Shown: positions 40,643 through 51,498 of the stretch, piece after piece
How positions within the stretch are numbered: position 1 is the first letter of the stretch
Layout of the letters: each line of letters opens with the position of its first letter
Origin: Candidatus Poribacteria bacterium
GTDB lineage: Bacteria; Poribacteria; WGA-4E; WGA-3G
Assembly: GCA_963663765.2 (NCBI GenBank)
Contig: CAXXUA010000005.1
Coordinates: 480,001 to 544,000 of the forward strand
DNA length: 64,000 nt
Direction of reading: 5' to 3'
The notes under the pieces: model-generated
Seen by the model: the letters and a program-made list of their open reading frames with translations, nothing else
Told to the model about the DNA's origin: nothing
Database searches by the model: none
Made by a program: the position numbers and the translations under genes

Positions 40643-41704
40643 TTATTGAGAGGCGGTTTCAAGATGAAGTTTAATACTTTGTGCAATAATTTGTGCTAAT
40701 TTAACAGGCACAGCATTTCCAATTAAACGACAAATAGTCGTCACATGATGCGGATCATTTGGGTGAACAAATTGATAGTTGTCTGGAAACGTTTGGAGGC
40801 GTGCAGCCTCTCTTACTGATAGTCCTCGGTCCTGTTCAGGATGACCAAACCTACCGTTCCCAAATCCAAAGCAAGTGGTCGTAAGTGTTGGCGATGGAGC
40901 GTCCCATTCCATTCTTCCATAAATTGATGTGTAACCACGACCTATACCATGTTGATGGCATTTAGCGACTAATTCAGCTGGCCAGTCCTTCCAAGTACCG
41001 CCAGGTCTTGATGCTCTAATCCTTTGTAAGTTTAGTTCAGACAACCCCGCAGCTTTATGATATGGATCTTTCTGACTTGTTTGACCAGCTTCAATTGGTT
41101 CCAAATCAGAAATCGTATCCCGAACACTCTTATAGTTTTCCTGCGTATGAGTTGGCTTCAAGAGATCTATCTTGCCATATTTTGATTTTGAAGCGAGGAG
41201 AACAAGTCGTTTCCGGGTTTGAGGAATACCATATTTTGGGCAAAATACCTTCGGATATGCAGACACTTCATAACCGTTGCTTTTCAAAGTTTCTATGAAT
41301 TCCAGATATATTTCCCCTTTTCTGAAAGTTGTTAAAGTGGGAACATTTTCCATTGAAACAATATCAGGTTTGATTTCTGAAATAATATTTGAAAAATTGG
41401 AAAGTAATTTCCATTTGCTATCAGGATTCCGCATGCCTTTGTTATATGCAGAAAAGGGTTGGCATGGTGCACATCCAATTAATATTTTAACGTCACCTTC
41501 AGGATAACGTTGCATAAGTTCAGAAACCTTCACGTCTTCAATTTTCTTATTAATGAAGATGGCTCCCTGATTATTGGTTTCATAGGCATATTTGCAGGAT
41601 TTATCAGCATCTAATCCTGCAACAACATTAAAACCCTCTAATATGAAGCCGTGTGTGAGAGCACCCGCACCGCAGAATAAATCTATAACCGAACAGTCTG
41701 TCAT
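40643..41704 (-). CDS. dcm: DNA (cytosine-5)-methyltransferase
   Basis: DLFCGAG, PCQPFS, ENV, PQTRKR, REAARLQTFP, GNAVP. Confidence 0.95.
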   Translation of the reverse strand: MTDCSVIDLFCGAGALTHGFILEGFNVVAGLDADKSCKYAYETNNQGAIFINKKIEDVKVSELMQRYPEGDVKILIGCAPCQPFSAYNKGMRNPDSKWKLLSNFSNIISEIKPDIVSMENVPTLTTFRKGEIYLEFIETLKSNGYEVSAYPKVFCPKYGIPQTRKRLVLLASKSKYGKIDLLKPTHTQENYKSVRDTISDLEPIEAGQTSQKDPYHKAAGLSELNLQRIRASRPGGTWKDWPAELVAKCHQHGIGRGYTSIYGRMEWDAPSPTLTTTCFGFGNGRFGHPEQDRGLSVREAARLQTFPDNYQFVHPNDPHHVTTICRLIGNAVPVKLAQIIAQSIKLHLETASQ

Positions 41705-42267
41705 AGTAATTTGATATTGTAAATATATAGTTTTTAAACACGGAATGAAGAAACCACATGAACTACAATTCCAGTTCAATATATCTTACAATTTTCCTCT
41801 GTATTTTGTTCTTAATTTTAGCTACCCATGTGCCAAATTCCAAATACACGTTATCGTAGAACGATATTATATCCCTTATTTTACATCAAACTGTTACTTG
41901 TGTCAAATACCAATCAGGAGATATGAATTCGTCATGAAAAATTATATGAATACAATTTCTATAATGTTATATTATAGTACACTTAACATAATTTGTCAAG
42001 TATAATTCAAGCACGGTCGTCTGATCATTGATTTGAAGTAAGAAATAAATATTGCTAATTTAAGAGAAAAAGAACCAATGTCTCTGCCAATTTAATGTTT
42101 GCTAAAAACTTCAACACATCAATTCTGAAAACTTTGGTTCTATAATGATATATATTTCAACACGAATTTAACTCCTATCTAAAGATTTATCAATCCTTTT
42201 GATATTTTTCATCATATCTGCTATACTTTCAAACAACACTTCAACCCAATAGAAACCGGAGTTTCAA

Positions 42268-43716
42268 ATGCCAAACAACCAACCAAATATCCTCTTAATC
42301 ACAACTGACCAACAACGCGGCGACTGTCTGGGAATTGATCCCGACGGTCCCGATTGCCTTCAAACACCAAACCTTGACTGGATCGGCAGCAGTGGCACGC
42401 ACTTCCGACGTGGATACGCGGAGTGTCCAAGTTGTATCCCCGCGCGCCGCGGTATCATGACAGGCACTGCACCTGCAGCCAATGGAATGGTTGGATATAC
42501 AGGCGCACAGTGGAATCCACCACATACCCTGGCTGGTGAATTATCCAAAGCAGGATATCAAACCGAGATGATTGGCAAACTACATCTCAGTCCGCCGCGT
42601 AAGCGATACGGTTTCGATCACCTACAGTTGTCTGATACCACCCACGGAACTGCTAACAACGACTATGTAGAATGGTTACAGCAATACCACCACCGCAATG
42701 ACTATGATCCGGGCATGGCACACGGAGTTTCTGCTAACGGATGGGTAGGTCGTCCACACCATCTACCCGAAGAGCAGATGCACACGTTCTGGTGTGTCGA
42801 CCGAGCGCTTAAGTTCATTCGAAAACGCGATCCTTCAGTGCCGTATTTCCTCAACCTCTCCTTTATAGACCCACATCCGCCGCTAACACCACCAGCACAC
42901 TACTATCAACGCTACATCCAGCGGAAACTCCCATCTCCCGCTTTCGGTGTATGGTCTTTAAACCATGATCTGGCTGAGAAGGGACACAATCCAAATGCTT
43001 GGGAGATAAACCTTGACAGACACGACATGCAATGTGCCCGCGCTGCATATTACGGAATGATCAATTTCATTGACGATCAGGTTGGTCGGTTGCTGCAAAA
43101 CGTTGGTGGTTTGAATGACTGTCTCGTTATTTTCACTTCGGACCATGGTGAAATGCTGGGTGACCACAATATGTTCCGTAAAACCTTTCCTTACGAAGCC
43201 AGTGCAAGAGTGCCTTTTCTCGTTCGCACACCAGCCCGATGGGGTTATCCCAAAGCGAACATCAACTATTCCCCTGTCGGTTTACAGGACATCATGCCGA
43301 CTCTTCTTGACGCTGCAAACATTGAGATTCCCAGTACATGCACCGGTAAAAGTCTACTACCTATCATGCGTGGTGATACCGAACGCGTGCGGGATTGTCT
43401 ACACGGAGAGCACTCTGGTTGTTATAATAATAAGCATGGCAACCACTATATTACTGATGGACACCACAAATACATCTGGTATTCCCAAACAGGCAGAGAA
43501 CATCTCTTCAATCTGCAAGATGACCCGCACGAAACAGTTGATTTAGCAAGCGAAAACGATGCTGAAACGCAACTAACGCCTTGGAGAAATAGACTTATTG
43601 AGTTCCTACGTGACCGACCTGAAGGTTTTACTGATGGCGAAAGACTCATCGTAGGACAACCGCACAAGGCACTGCTCCCGGGTTATCAACCCGATGCAAC
43701 TTATCCTTATCTGTAA
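42268..43716 (+). CDS. Arylsulfatase/choline-sulfatase-like enzyme
   Basis: PNILLITTDQ, CIPARRGIMTG, GKLH, DPHPP, SDHGEMLG. Confidence 0.92.
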   Translation: MPNNQPNILLITTDQQRGDCLGIDPDGPDCLQTPNLDWIGSSGTHFRRGYAECPSCIPARRGIMTGTAPAANGMVGYTGAQWNPPHTLAGELSKAGYQTEMIGKLHLSPPRKRYGFDHLQLSDTTHGTANNDYVEWLQQYHHRNDYDPGMAHGVSANGWVGRPHHLPEEQMHTFWCVDRALKFIRKRDPSVPYFLNLSFIDPHPPLTPPAHYYQRYIQRKLPSPAFGVWSLNHDLAEKGHNPNAWEINLDRHDMQCARAAYYGMINFIDDQVGRLLQNVGGLNDCLVIFTSDHGEMLGDHNMFRKTFPYEASARVPFLVRTPARWGYPKANINYSPVGLQDIMPTLLDAANIEIPSTCTGKSLLPIMRGDTERVRDCLHGEHSGCYNNKHGNHYITDGHHKYIWYSQTGREHLFNLQDDPHETVDLASENDAETQLTPWRNRLIEFLRDRPEGFTDGERLIVGQPHKALLPGYQPDATYPYL

Positions 43717-43766
43717 TAGCACATGACTGCAATACCCTATATTTTCTAACACATGAGGTAGAAACG

Positions 43767-45968
43767 ATGAAAAAACTCATTTTGTTGCTAATGTTCTATA
43801 TCCTTGTAGCACAGCATTTATACCCCGCTATTGCGCAATACGAACCCTCCACACAAATAGGTTTACCTGAAGGGGCAATTGCCCGTTTCTGCAGAGGGAG
43901 TATAAAAAAAGTAACGTATTCTCCAGATGGTACACGGCTTGCGGTTACCACGTCCATCAGTGTTTGGATTTACGATACACAGACAGGAAAAGAACTTAAA
44001 CTACTTGCAGGAAAACATACACATGTTGTCCATTCCGCTGACTATTCCCCAGATGGAAAAACTATCGCTACTGCAAGTTGGGACAATACTATACGACTAT
44101 GGGACACACGCACAGGTAAAAACACAAAAACTCTCAAAGGACATACCTACGGAATAACTTCAATAGCGTATTCCCCGGACGGTAAAACAATCGCATCCGC
44201 AAGTGCAGACAAGACTTTGCGACTTTGGAATGCACGCACAGGAAAAAATATACAAATACTTTCAGACCAAGGCGAAAATGTCTATTCAGTTATTTTCTCT
44301 CCAGATGGAGAAACAATTGGAAGTAGCGGGGGACGAAAAACAGTCCGCCTGTGGAATACACGCACATCGAATAACACCATCACATTCAAACCAAATACGT
44401 ATAGAGGATACATCTATTCCATAGCATTTTCTATGGATAGCAAGATAATCGCAATTGGGGGTATGGAAAAGTTAGAGTTATGGGATGCATCTACAGGACA
44501 ACCTATAAAAGCAATTGAAGCACATAAAGATAGAGTCTCCACTATTGCATTTTCACCAGATGGGAAAACAATCGCAACAGGGGGTGGAGACGGTATAATG
44601 CAGTTGTGGGATATAACTACTTGGCAACCTATAAGAACATATAATGCACATATAAGAAAAATATCTTCTCTTGCATTTTCACCAGATGGAAAAACAATTG
44701 TCACTGGTAGTTGGGACGGTACAATGGGGTGGTGGGAAACACATACAGGAAAAAACATAAAAATATTTACAGGATATCTCGGGGGCAATAGAATAAAGTA
44801 CTCACCAGATGAAAAAACAATTGCAATCACTGCAGGAGGTCCGGTGCATCTCTGGGATGTAACTACAGGAATGTATCTCAGAACCCTTAAAGGACATATA
44901 GGTTATACACCTGGTGTTGCTTTTTCTTCTGATGGAAATATTATAGCTACTGGAAGTGCAGACAAGACAGTGCGGTTATGGGATATACACTCTGGTGAAA
45001 CTATAAAGATACTCACTGAACATACAAACCTTGTATATACCCCTATATATTCGCCTGATGGTAATATGTTTGCAACTCGTAGTAGGGATCATACTTTACG
45101 GTTGTGGGATGCAGCCACAGGTGAAAATATAAAAACTTTTCAAAGAGGGAATGAAGGAATGAATTTCATTTTCTCACCTGATAGCACTACACTTGCTGTC
45201 GGAAATTCTGGGGGTACAGTCCTTTTGTGGGATACACGAACAAGAGAGAATGTAAACACACTCATTGGACATACAGATCTTGTCTATACTCTTTTATATA
45301 CCAATGATGGCAAGACTATTGGAACTTACAGTAGGGATAACACAGTACGGTTATGGAATGTACACACGGGGAAAAGTATCAAAACCTTCAGCACAGAAGA
45401 AAAAATTGTTGATGTTATGTCTTCACTGGAAGGTAACGTTATTGCAATTACTGTGCACAAAGAGGTAGTATCACTATGGAATGTTGCAACAGGACTACTC
45501 ATAAAGGCATTTGAAGGACATAAGAAAGGGTTTTTTGAATCTTTGGGTCGATTCTCTATTAGAAAAACTAAAAATACATTTGGGGGACCTCCAAAACACG
45601 TCCGATCAGTTAGATACTCACCGAATGGTGAATCGATTGCCGCTATCAGGAATAACGAGACTGTCCAACTATGGAATATCAACACAGGAAAACGTATTGG
45701 AAAACTGATAAAACAACTCAAAGATGATCCTTCTGAAGGCACTACTGACGTTGTATATTCTCCAGATGGAAAAACAATCGCAACTATTCAAATCAGTAAT
45801 AGTGGTGGTACGGTAAGACTCTGGGATACGACAACAGGAAAAAACATAAAAACACTCAAAGGACATGATAATTGTAGTAATTCATTTACATTTTCACCGG
45901 ACAGCAAGACAATTATCACAGCACACCAAGGCGGCACAGTGCTACTCTGGGACATCCCAACACGATAA
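43767..45968 (+). CDS. Secreted WD40-repeat protein (array copy 1)
   Basis: Signal peptide, GLPEGAIARF, SPDG.TIA repeats, C-terminal GTVLLWDIPTR. Confidence 0.92.
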   Translation: MKKLILLLMFYILVAQHLYPAIAQYEPSTQIGLPEGAIARFCRGSIKKVTYSPDGTRLAVTTSISVWIYDTQTGKELKLLAGKHTHVVHSADYSPDGKTIATASWDNTIRLWDTRTGKNTKTLKGHTYGITSIAYSPDGKTIASASADKTLRLWNARTGKNIQILSDQGENVYSVIFSPDGETIGSSGGRKTVRLWNTRTSNNTITFKPNTYRGYIYSIAFSMDSKIIAIGGMEKLELWDASTGQPIKAIEAHKDRVSTIAFSPDGKTIATGGGDGIMQLWDITTWQPIRTYNAHIRKISSLAFSPDGKTIVTGSWDGTMGWWETHTGKNIKIFTGYLGGNRIKYSPDEKTIAITAGGPVHLWDVTTGMYLRTLKGHIGYTPGVAFSSDGNIIATGSADKTVRLWDIHSGETIKILTEHTNLVYTPIYSPDGNMFATRSRDHTLRLWDAATGENIKTFQRGNEGMNFIFSPDSTTLAVGNSGGTVLLWDTRTRENVNTLIGHTDLVYTLLYTNDGKTIGTYSRDNTVRLWNVHTGKSIKTFSTEEKIVDVMSSLEGNVIAITVHKEVVSLWNVATGLLIKAFEGHKKGFFESLGRFSIRKTKNTFGGPPKHVRSVRYSPNGESIAAIRNNETVQLWNINTGKRIGKLIKQLKDDPSEGTTDVVYSPDGKTIATIQISNSGGTVRLWDTTTGKNIKTLKGHDNCSNSFTFSPDSKTIITAHQGGTVLLWDIPTR

Positions 45969-46270
45969 GAATTAGGCACTTGACAACATTCGCTACCAAC
46001 TGAATACTTAAAACAACACTAATTGAGATACAGGAGATTAAAATATGAAGAAACTGCTTTTTCTACTGATACTTGGAATAATCTGTTTATCATCTGTCTT
46101 CGCTCAATACGAACCTTACACGCAAAAAGGTTTACCTGAAGGTGCTATTGCCCGTTTCGGCAGAGGGAGAATAAAGGAATTAACGTATTCCCCAGACGGT
46201 ACACGGCTTGCTGTTACCACGTCCATCGGGGTTTGGATTTACGATGCGCAAACTGGAGAAGAACTTGACC
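45931..46270 (+). repeat. Near-identical junction repeat (gene end + intergenic/promoter + signal peptide), copy 1
   Basis: Matches 48218-48557; contains TTGACA at 45980 and AGGAG RBS. Confidence 0.88.
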
Positions 46271-48255
46271 TTATTACAAGAAAACATGTAGATAGTAGCA
46301 ATACTATTGTGTTTTCCCCAGACCATAAGAGAGTCATAACCGCCGATTGGTGGAGTACAAAAGCACGATTATGGGACACACAGACGGGTAAACCTATAAA
46401 AACACTCACTGGACATAAAGGTCAAATTAATACTATTGTGTTTTCCCCTGATAGCAAAACAATCGCAACGGTAAGTGATGACAAAACAATTCGGTTGTGG
46501 AATGCACGGACAGGGAAAAATATACAAACACTTACAGGACATACTAAATCTGTCAATTCAGTTAGATTTTCACCAGATGGAAAAACAATCGCTGCGGCGA
46601 GTGAAGATAAAACGACAAAACTGTGGAATGTGCATACAGGAAAACTAATAAATACATATTCTGTGTTTCTACGTCCAATGGCGTTTTCACCGGATGGGAA
46701 AACATTGATTGGAATTAGTGAAACTCACAGTAGTACCCGGGGCGTGCAGCTTGTAGTACAGATGCGGAATGTGGCCACAGGAGAAACTACAAAAACATTC
46801 TCTTGGCGCAATATCGTTTATTCTGTTGCGTTTTCACCAGATAGAAAAACAATCGCTGCTGGAGGTCTTGATGGTACGATAAGGTTATGGGATGCAACTA
46901 CTGGACAAGCCATAAATACTTTTAAAGGACATAAGGCTATAGTCAATAACGTTATGTTTTCACCAGATGGAAAAACAATCGCCACTGCAAGCCGTAGCAC
47001 AATGCGATGGTGGGATGCACACACCGGTGATAACATAAAAACCTTTACAGACTATTCAGGTGGCACTCATGATACTGCAATTTCACCAGATGGAAAAACA
47101 ATCGCTATAGGCAAATTCATGAAAGAAGTATGGCTGCGAGATATAACTACAGGAAAACACCTAAAAACCTTTGATGGACATACAGGTTATATTTCTTCAG
47201 TAATGTTTTCACCAAAAGGAAGTACACTATTAGTTAACAGTAATGATAAAAAGGTATGGCTGTGGAATGTATCCACTGGAGAAAATCTATTAACACTCAA
47301 AGGAGACATATATGATATTAAATTTGGTATGTTTTCTCCAGATGGACAAGCGATCGTAACTTACTGTAGCGACAATACACTACGACTGTGGGACACAGAA
47401 ACAGGACAACACCAAAAAACATTTGAAACTGACAAATACCATCGCTCAGGATGGTATGCGTATGCACCTGATGGTGTTAATCTATTAGTTAACTGTAATG
47501 ACAAAACGGTACGAATGTGGAATTTGACAACCGGAGAAAACACCGTAACACTTAAAGGGGATACTTACAATGTTAGGTATGGTTTGCTTTCACCGGATGG
47601 TAAAATAATCGCAACGAGTTGTAGCGATTACACCATACGCCTGTGGGATTCAAATACAGGAAAACACTTAAATACACTCAAAACCTCTACGGCAACAACT
47701 TCTGCAGTGGCATTTTCACCGGATAGCAAAACACTCGCAATTGCTACCCCTTGGGATAAATCACCTTGGCTATGGGACGTTGCCACAGGAGAATATATAA
47801 AAACATTTGAAGCACATCGGCAAGAAATCACCAAATCTATTGCCAAATTATGGGAATCTAAAAAACATAAGGTGCCAGATGATTATATTCGTTCTATTCA
47901 ATATTCACCTGATGGTAAAACGATCGCAGTTTTCAAGGAAAACGATATGGTACTGTTGTGGAATGCTACCACAGGAAAACCTATAGGAAAACCCATAAAA
48001 CCGCAAAAAGGTGTCCCATCTGATTTTCATACTGAACTACTTTTTTCACCTGATGGTAAAACACTCGCTACAAGACCAGTTGGCAATTTTGGTGGGACAG
48101 TAAGATTGTGGGATGCTGCAACGGGGAAGCACATAAAAACACTCAAAGAAAGTACATACTGTGCCAATCCTGCTGTTTTCACACCCGACAGTAAAATGAT
48201 CGCAACAAGCCATTGGGGCGGCACAGTGCTACTCTGGGACATCCCCACACGTTAA
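46045..48255 (+). CDS. Secreted WD40-repeat protein (array copy 2)
   Basis: Same architecture as copy 1. Confidence 0.92.
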   Translation: MKKLLFLLILGIICLSSVFAQYEPYTQKGLPEGAIARFGRGRIKELTYSPDGTRLAVTTSIGVWIYDAQTGEELDLITRKHVDSSNTIVFSPDHKRVITADWWSTKARLWDTQTGKPIKTLTGHKGQINTIVFSPDSKTIATVSDDKTIRLWNARTGKNIQTLTGHTKSVNSVRFSPDGKTIAAASEDKTTKLWNVHTGKLINTYSVFLRPMAFSPDGKTLIGISETHSSTRGVQLVVQMRNVATGETTKTFSWRNIVYSVAFSPDRKTIAAGGLDGTIRLWDATTGQAINTFKGHKAIVNNVMFSPDGKTIATASRSTMRWWDAHTGDNIKTFTDYSGGTHDTAISPDGKTIAIGKFMKEVWLRDITTGKHLKTFDGHTGYISSVMFSPKGSTLLVNSNDKKVWLWNVSTGENLLTLKGDIYDIKFGMFSPDGQAIVTYCSDNTLRLWDTETGQHQKTFETDKYHRSGWYAYAPDGVNLLVNCNDKTVRMWNLTTGENTVTLKGDTYNVRYGLLSPDGKIIATSCSDYTIRLWDSNTGKHLNTLKTSTATTSAVAFSPDSKTLAIATPWDKSPWLWDVATGEYIKTFEAHRQEITKSIAKLWESKKHKVPDDYIRSIQYSPDGKTIAVFKENDMVLLWNATTGKPIGKPIKPQKGVPSDFHTELLFSPDGKTLATRPVGNFGGTVRLWDAATGKHIKTLKESTYCANPAVFTPDSKMIATSHWGGTVLLWDIPTR

Positions 48256-48557
48256 GAATTAGGCACTTGACAACATTCGCTACCAACTGAATACTTAAAA
48301 CAACACTAATTGAGATACAGGAGATTAAAATATGAAGAAACTGCTTTTTCTACTGATACTTGGAATAATCTGTTTATCATCTGTCTTCGCTCAATACGAA
48401 CCTTACACGCAAAAAGGTTTACCTGAAGGTGCTATTGCCCGTTTCGGCAGAGGGAGAATAAAGGAATTAATGTATTCCCCAGACGGTACACGGCTTGCTG
48501 TCATCACATCCATCGGTGTTTGGATTTACGATACACAAACTGGAGAAGAACTTGATC
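48218..48557 (+). repeat. Junction repeat, copy 2
   Basis: Matches 45931-46270. Confidence 0.88.
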
Positions 48558-50602
48558 TGATAGCAGGAGAACATGAAGACAGAGTTTATGATGCTGCTTA
48601 TGCACCTGATAGCAAGAATATCGCGACTGTGGGGAAGGACAAAACGGTACGACTATGGGAAGTTCACACAGGACAACTCCTAAAAACGCTCAATGGACAT
48701 AAGGACGAGGTCCTGTCTGTTGCATATTCACCTGATGGTCAGACACTGGCAAGTGGTGGTTCAGACAATACTATCCGAATCTGGAATGCAAATACAGGAC
48801 AACTCCTAAAAACGCTCATTGGACATAAGAAAGGAGTTTTGTCTGTTGCGTATTCACTAGATAGTGAAACAATTGTAAGTAGCAGTAGTGATGACACAAT
48901 CCGATTTTGGGATGTAGCAAAGGGGCAATTGAAGAATATAGTTCAGGGATATCGGGCTTTGATTTCCTATTCTCCAGATGGTAAGACACTTCTTGTAGTA
49001 GCAGATACTGATAGCAGCAATTCATTCTTAATAAAATCAAAAGATTCAGAAGGTAAAACGGACACAGAAATAATTCCGATTATGACACTTGATACTATTT
49101 ATACTATACACATGTTGAATGCAGTCACAGGAGAACAGATAAATATAATATCATCATTAAATTATGTTAATTGTTTTTCGTATTCCCCAGATGGAAAAAC
49201 AATCGCTATTAGTGATGGAGAAAGGTTTGGACTTTGGGATGCGACTACTGGAAAACACCTAACAACTCTTATTGAGGATAAGATTAAAGCTGTTGCGTAT
49301 TCACCCGATGGAAAAACTATTGCTACTGTCAGTGGTAACACAATTCAATGGTGGAATGCTCAAACAGGAAAAAGCATAAAAACATTTCCATGGTCCACTT
49401 ATTATTCTTATGCAATTAGATTATCACCTGATGGCAAAACAATCGCAATATTACATGGTAATTCAATTTGTCTATGCAATGCGGAATCTGGAAAGTATCT
49501 AACCACAATTACAGGTCATAAGAGGTCTATTTCTGGCTTCGCGTTTTCGCCGGATAGCAAAACTATTGCAACTGGAGGTGGAGACGGGACAGCACGGTTA
49601 TGGAACGCAAATACGGGTGAAAATATACATATAATCAATTTCCCTACAGATCCTCGCAATGAACCCATTAGCATTGATCCCCCGAAGTATTCGCCTGATG
49701 GTAAATCACTTGCAATTCGCAGTAAAGACAATACGGTGTTTTTATGGGATATGCAATTGGAATACATTATAAAAACTATTCCAGGAAAGCATTACCACAC
49801 AAAACAATTTGTTTTTTCTCATAATGGAAAAATACTTGCGACAAGGTCTAAGACTGAGGCAGTTCATTTATGGAATACGAAAACTGGACAATACATAAAC
49901 ACACTCACAGGACTTGTTCATTTCATTACATTTTCACCAGATGGAAATATACTTGCAACCTCTTTGAATAATTGGGTGGAATTATGGAGTATAAACACAG
50001 GAGAAAATCTAAGTAAACTCTTCATACCTAATGCATGTAACACTAAAATTATGTATGCAGAAAACGGCAATCCATTCACAATTACTATCCATCAAAATGA
50101 ATCGGTATCACTTTGGGATCTAACAACAGGAGAGCACATTCAAGCATTTGAGGGAGACATGAATGAGACACTTGCATCATTAGGTCGTTCTTTTCTGAGA
50201 ATGGCAAATAAGGATACACTAGCAAGTGTGAACAATCAGATAATAGTTTCACCTACACAAGATACGTTCGTGACTGTTGTTAATCACAACCCTGTTAGAC
50301 TTTGGAATATTACGACAAGAAAACAAATAGGAAAATCAATAATACCCCTCAAAGGTGAGAAAAGTTATACAATAGTTCAATATTCCCCAGATGGTAAAAC
50401 AATCGCCACTATTCCAGTTGGTACTAATCAGCAAGGTGGTACGGTGCGATTGTGGGATGTAGCCTCAGGTGAACATCTAAAGACACTCAAGGGACATTCA
50501 AATTGCGATTATAATTCAGTAGCGTATTTCCCGGATAGCAAAACAATCGCAACTGGACATGATGATGGTACGGTAATACTCTGGGACATCCCCACACGAT
50601 AA
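48332..50602 (+). CDS. Secreted WD40-repeat protein (array copy 3)
   Basis: N-terminus nearly identical to copy 2; ends GTVILWDIPTR. Confidence 0.92.
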   Translation: MKKLLFLLILGIICLSSVFAQYEPYTQKGLPEGAIARFGRGRIKELMYSPDGTRLAVITSIGVWIYDTQTGEELDLIAGEHEDRVYDAAYAPDSKNIATVGKDKTVRLWEVHTGQLLKTLNGHKDEVLSVAYSPDGQTLASGGSDNTIRIWNANTGQLLKTLIGHKKGVLSVAYSLDSETIVSSSSDDTIRFWDVAKGQLKNIVQGYRALISYSPDGKTLLVVADTDSSNSFLIKSKDSEGKTDTEIIPIMTLDTIYTIHMLNAVTGEQINIISSLNYVNCFSYSPDGKTIAISDGERFGLWDATTGKHLTTLIEDKIKAVAYSPDGKTIATVSGNTIQWWNAQTGKSIKTFPWSTYYSYAIRLSPDGKTIAILHGNSICLCNAESGKYLTTITGHKRSISGFAFSPDSKTIATGGGDGTARLWNANTGENIHIINFPTDPRNEPISIDPPKYSPDGKSLAIRSKDNTVFLWDMQLEYIIKTIPGKHYHTKQFVFSHNGKILATRSKTEAVHLWNTKTGQYINTLTGLVHFITFSPDGNILATSLNNWVELWSINTGENLSKLFIPNACNTKIMYAENGNPFTITIHQNESVSLWDLTTGEHIQAFEGDMNETLASLGRSFLRMANKDTLASVNNQIIVSPTQDTFVTVVNHNPVRLWNITTRKQIGKSIIPLKGEKSYTIVQYSPDGKTIATIPVGTNQQGGTVRLWDVASGEHLKTLKGHSNCDYNSVAYFPDSKTIATGHDDGTVILWDIPTR

Positions 50603-50632
50603 TTCTTACGCACACGAACTAACGGAGTACGC

Positions 50633-51424
50633 ATGAAACAAGTTGCTGTGATTACAGGCGCAGCAAGTGGCATCGGGCGCGGGCTTGCAGAACGATTCGC
50701 TACAGAAGGATTTGCAGTTGTTCTTGCAGATATTGAAGAAGAACCGTTAACCAAACTTGAAACAGACCTACGCGCGGAAGGTGCAACTGTGCTCGCAATC
50801 CACACAGATGTTTCAAATGCTGCTGATGTAGAAAACCTCGCAGTACAAACTTATGACACTTTTGGTGCAGCACATATACTCTGCAACAATGCAGGTGTCG
50901 TTTGTAGTCGTCCTATATGGGAACACACACTCGCTGATTGGGAATGGGTGTTAGGCGTTAACCTCTGGGGTGCAATTCACGGTATTCACACCTTTGTTCC
51001 ACGCATGCTTTCACAAGAAACCGAATGTCATATTGTCAACACCGCTTCAATTCTCGGTCTGATACGAGGTCCAGGTGAAGGCATCTATAAAGTCAGTAAA
51101 CACGGTGTCGTCGCCCTTTCCGAAACCCTTGCAGACGAGTTAGCACAAATGAACTCCAAAATTCAGGTGCATGTGTTGTGTCCCGGTTGGGTACGCACAG
51201 GTATTTTAACCTCTGCCCGAAACCGTCCAGATACTGAATCACTCCCCGACATTCAGAATACTATCACCTCTCAAACCGTTCGCTCAGAAATGGAAACAGG
51301 TATATCCCCTGCCGAAGTCGCTGATCATGTCTACAACGCTATTCAGACAGGTACATTCTATATTCACACGCATCCAGAACACAAAGATTGGGTTCGCGCA
51401 CGTATGGAAGATATTCTTAAATAA
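50633..51424 (+). CDS. SDR family oxidoreductase
   Basis: TGAASGIG, NNAG, YKVSK. Confidence 0.92.
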   Translation: MKQVAVITGAASGIGRGLAERFATEGFAVVLADIEEEPLTKLETDLRAEGATVLAIHTDVSNAADVENLAVQTYDTFGAAHILCNNAGVVCSRPIWEHTLADWEWVLGVNLWGAIHGIHTFVPRMLSQETECHIVNTASILGLIRGPGEGIYKVSKHGVVALSETLADELAQMNSKIQVHVLCPGWVRTGILTSARNRPDTESLPDIQNTITSQTVRSEMETGISPAEVADHVYNAIQTGTFYIHTHPEHKDWVRARMEDILK

Positions 51425-51498
51425 GGTTGACACAATTCCACTTATTATGTTATAAAATAAAACATAAACCACACCGACAGCACCACAAGGAGACCAAC

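Noticed and set aside
36353-42268. 3'-end duplication flanking the dcm-MORC operon
   Set aside because: Looked for by eye, by analogy with the phyH and GmrSD loci; no flanking repeat found.
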